This document shows positions 63,567-64,000 of a DNA stretch of 64,000 nucleotides, piece after piece; positions within the stretch are counted from its first letter, which is position 1; each line of letters begins with the position of its first letter. Source of the DNA: an uncultured Bacteroidota bacterium (GTDB lineage: Bacteria > Bacteroidota > Rhodothermia > Balneolales > Balneolaceae); the NCBI GenBank assembly GCA_913057895.1, contig CAJXOH010000001.1, positions 110,584 to 174,583 of the forward strand, read 5' to 3'. The notes beneath the pieces are model-generated. The model saw nothing but the letters and a program-made list of their open reading frames with translations. It did no database searches and had not been told where the DNA came from. The translations under genes and the position numbers were made by a program.

Positions 63567-64000
63567 TTAGTGATTGTGAGTTTGCTCCATTTGACTACCA
63601 GACTCAAATAGAATAAAGGCATCTTCCATGCAGGCATCATCTTGACGACCTCGCACCTCCTCTGATACCTGGGCCTGAAGATCTTCAAATGATTGATCAT
63701 AGCTTATTGCACGATCCAAACGAGCATCAGCTGCATCAGATGCACGATCAAAAAGGACTTGCCCATCAACGAGTGTCATTTCATTAATTGCATAGATACT
63801 TAATGGATCTGCTGACCAAATACTCACATCACCATGCTTTCCAACCTCCAATGATCCAACATACTCATCGATTCCTAGCTGTTTTGCTGGATTAATCGTG
63901 ATCATCGCTAGAGCATCATCTGCTGATATTCCACCATATCTAACCACTTTTGCTGCCTCATGATTGAGATGACGAATCAGTTCATTACTATCAGAATTAA
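63567..64000 (-). CDS. amidohydrolase-family protein, partial (N-terminus outside window)
   Basis: The frame is open to the window edge. The C-terminal pattern is INPAKQLGIDEYVGSLEVGKHGDVSIWSADPLS. Confidence 0.7.
   Translation of the reverse strand, partial: NSDSNELIRHLNHEAAKVVRYGGISADDALAMITINPAKQLGIDEYVGSLEVGKHGDVSIWSADPLSIYAINEMTLVDGQVLFDRASDAADARLDRAISYDQSFEDLQAQVSEEVRGRQDDACMEDAFILFESGSQMEQTHNH

Noticed and set aside
1-64000. CRISPR arrays, tRNA/rRNA genes, IS elements, prophage or defence islands, and toxin-antitoxin pairs.
   Set aside because: The largest non-coding gaps are 206 nt (the trp leader) and 154 nt (the csp leader). The only tandem repeat is the coding infB repeat. No transposase, nuclease/ATPase defence-type or small paired toxin-antitoxin-like ORFs were recognised among the hypothetical genes.

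Overview
The window is a dense (about 60 CDS), almost entirely chromosomal and housekeeping stretch with no rRNA, tRNA, CRISPR, transposase or prophage signal. A T9SS C-terminal sorting domain, PorV/PorQ-like barrels, a DUF4837-like lipoprotein, a run of SurA/PpiD-like PPIases and TAnnTTTG-like promoter motifs point to an FCB-group bacterium (Bacteroidota/Rhodothermota/Balneolota-like). This assignment is an inference.

Gene content, in order:
- accC-like 3' end, gcvH, guaA, an LpoA-like periplasmic protein, mltG with a TM2 gene, a cold-shock protein and a CNT nucleoside transporter.
- Three PPIase/chaperone paralogs, tadA, an alpha/beta hydrolase, and a divergent CrtC-like hydratase / GT2 pair.
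- xerC, hpf, hprK, an M23 peptidase, an atypical orphan response regulator and a lipoprotein.
- A complete trpE-trpS-trpG-D-C-F-B-A operon.
- A ten-gene + strand operon (27917-38066).
- An Omp85-like protein, speH-speE, holA, asnS, an M16 peptidase, pnp, rpsO and ribF.
- The rimP-nusA-infB-rbfA-truB operon, a DUF192 gene, coaE and prfB.
- Two ABC half-transporter genes split by rnz, a flavin oxidoreductase and two amidohydrolase-family genes.

Items the ORF track does not show:
1. A trp attenuator upstream of trpE. It has a 13-codon leader peptide ending AWWR and mutually exclusive 12-bp antiterminator and terminator hairpins.
2. The prfB +1 programmed frameshift (GGAGG TAT CTT TGA C). It relocates the true prfB start to 56114.
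3. Corrected starts for truB and the T9SS cargo gene.

The best candidate for an undescribed system is the 27917-38066 operon. Its genes are joined by stop/start overlaps. They encode a lipoprotein, a BNR beta-propeller protein with a T9SS sorting domain, two PorV/PorQ-like barrels, two GT-B glycosyltransferases, a deacetylase-like protein, WecB and a signal-bearing (Tat-like, KR variant) glycosylasparaginase-type Ntn hydrolase. I interpret it, as a hypothesis only, as a PorZ/PorQ-like T9SS attachment module encoded together with synthesis of its own glycan.

All functional calls rest on motif recognition by eye. No searches or folding calculations were run.
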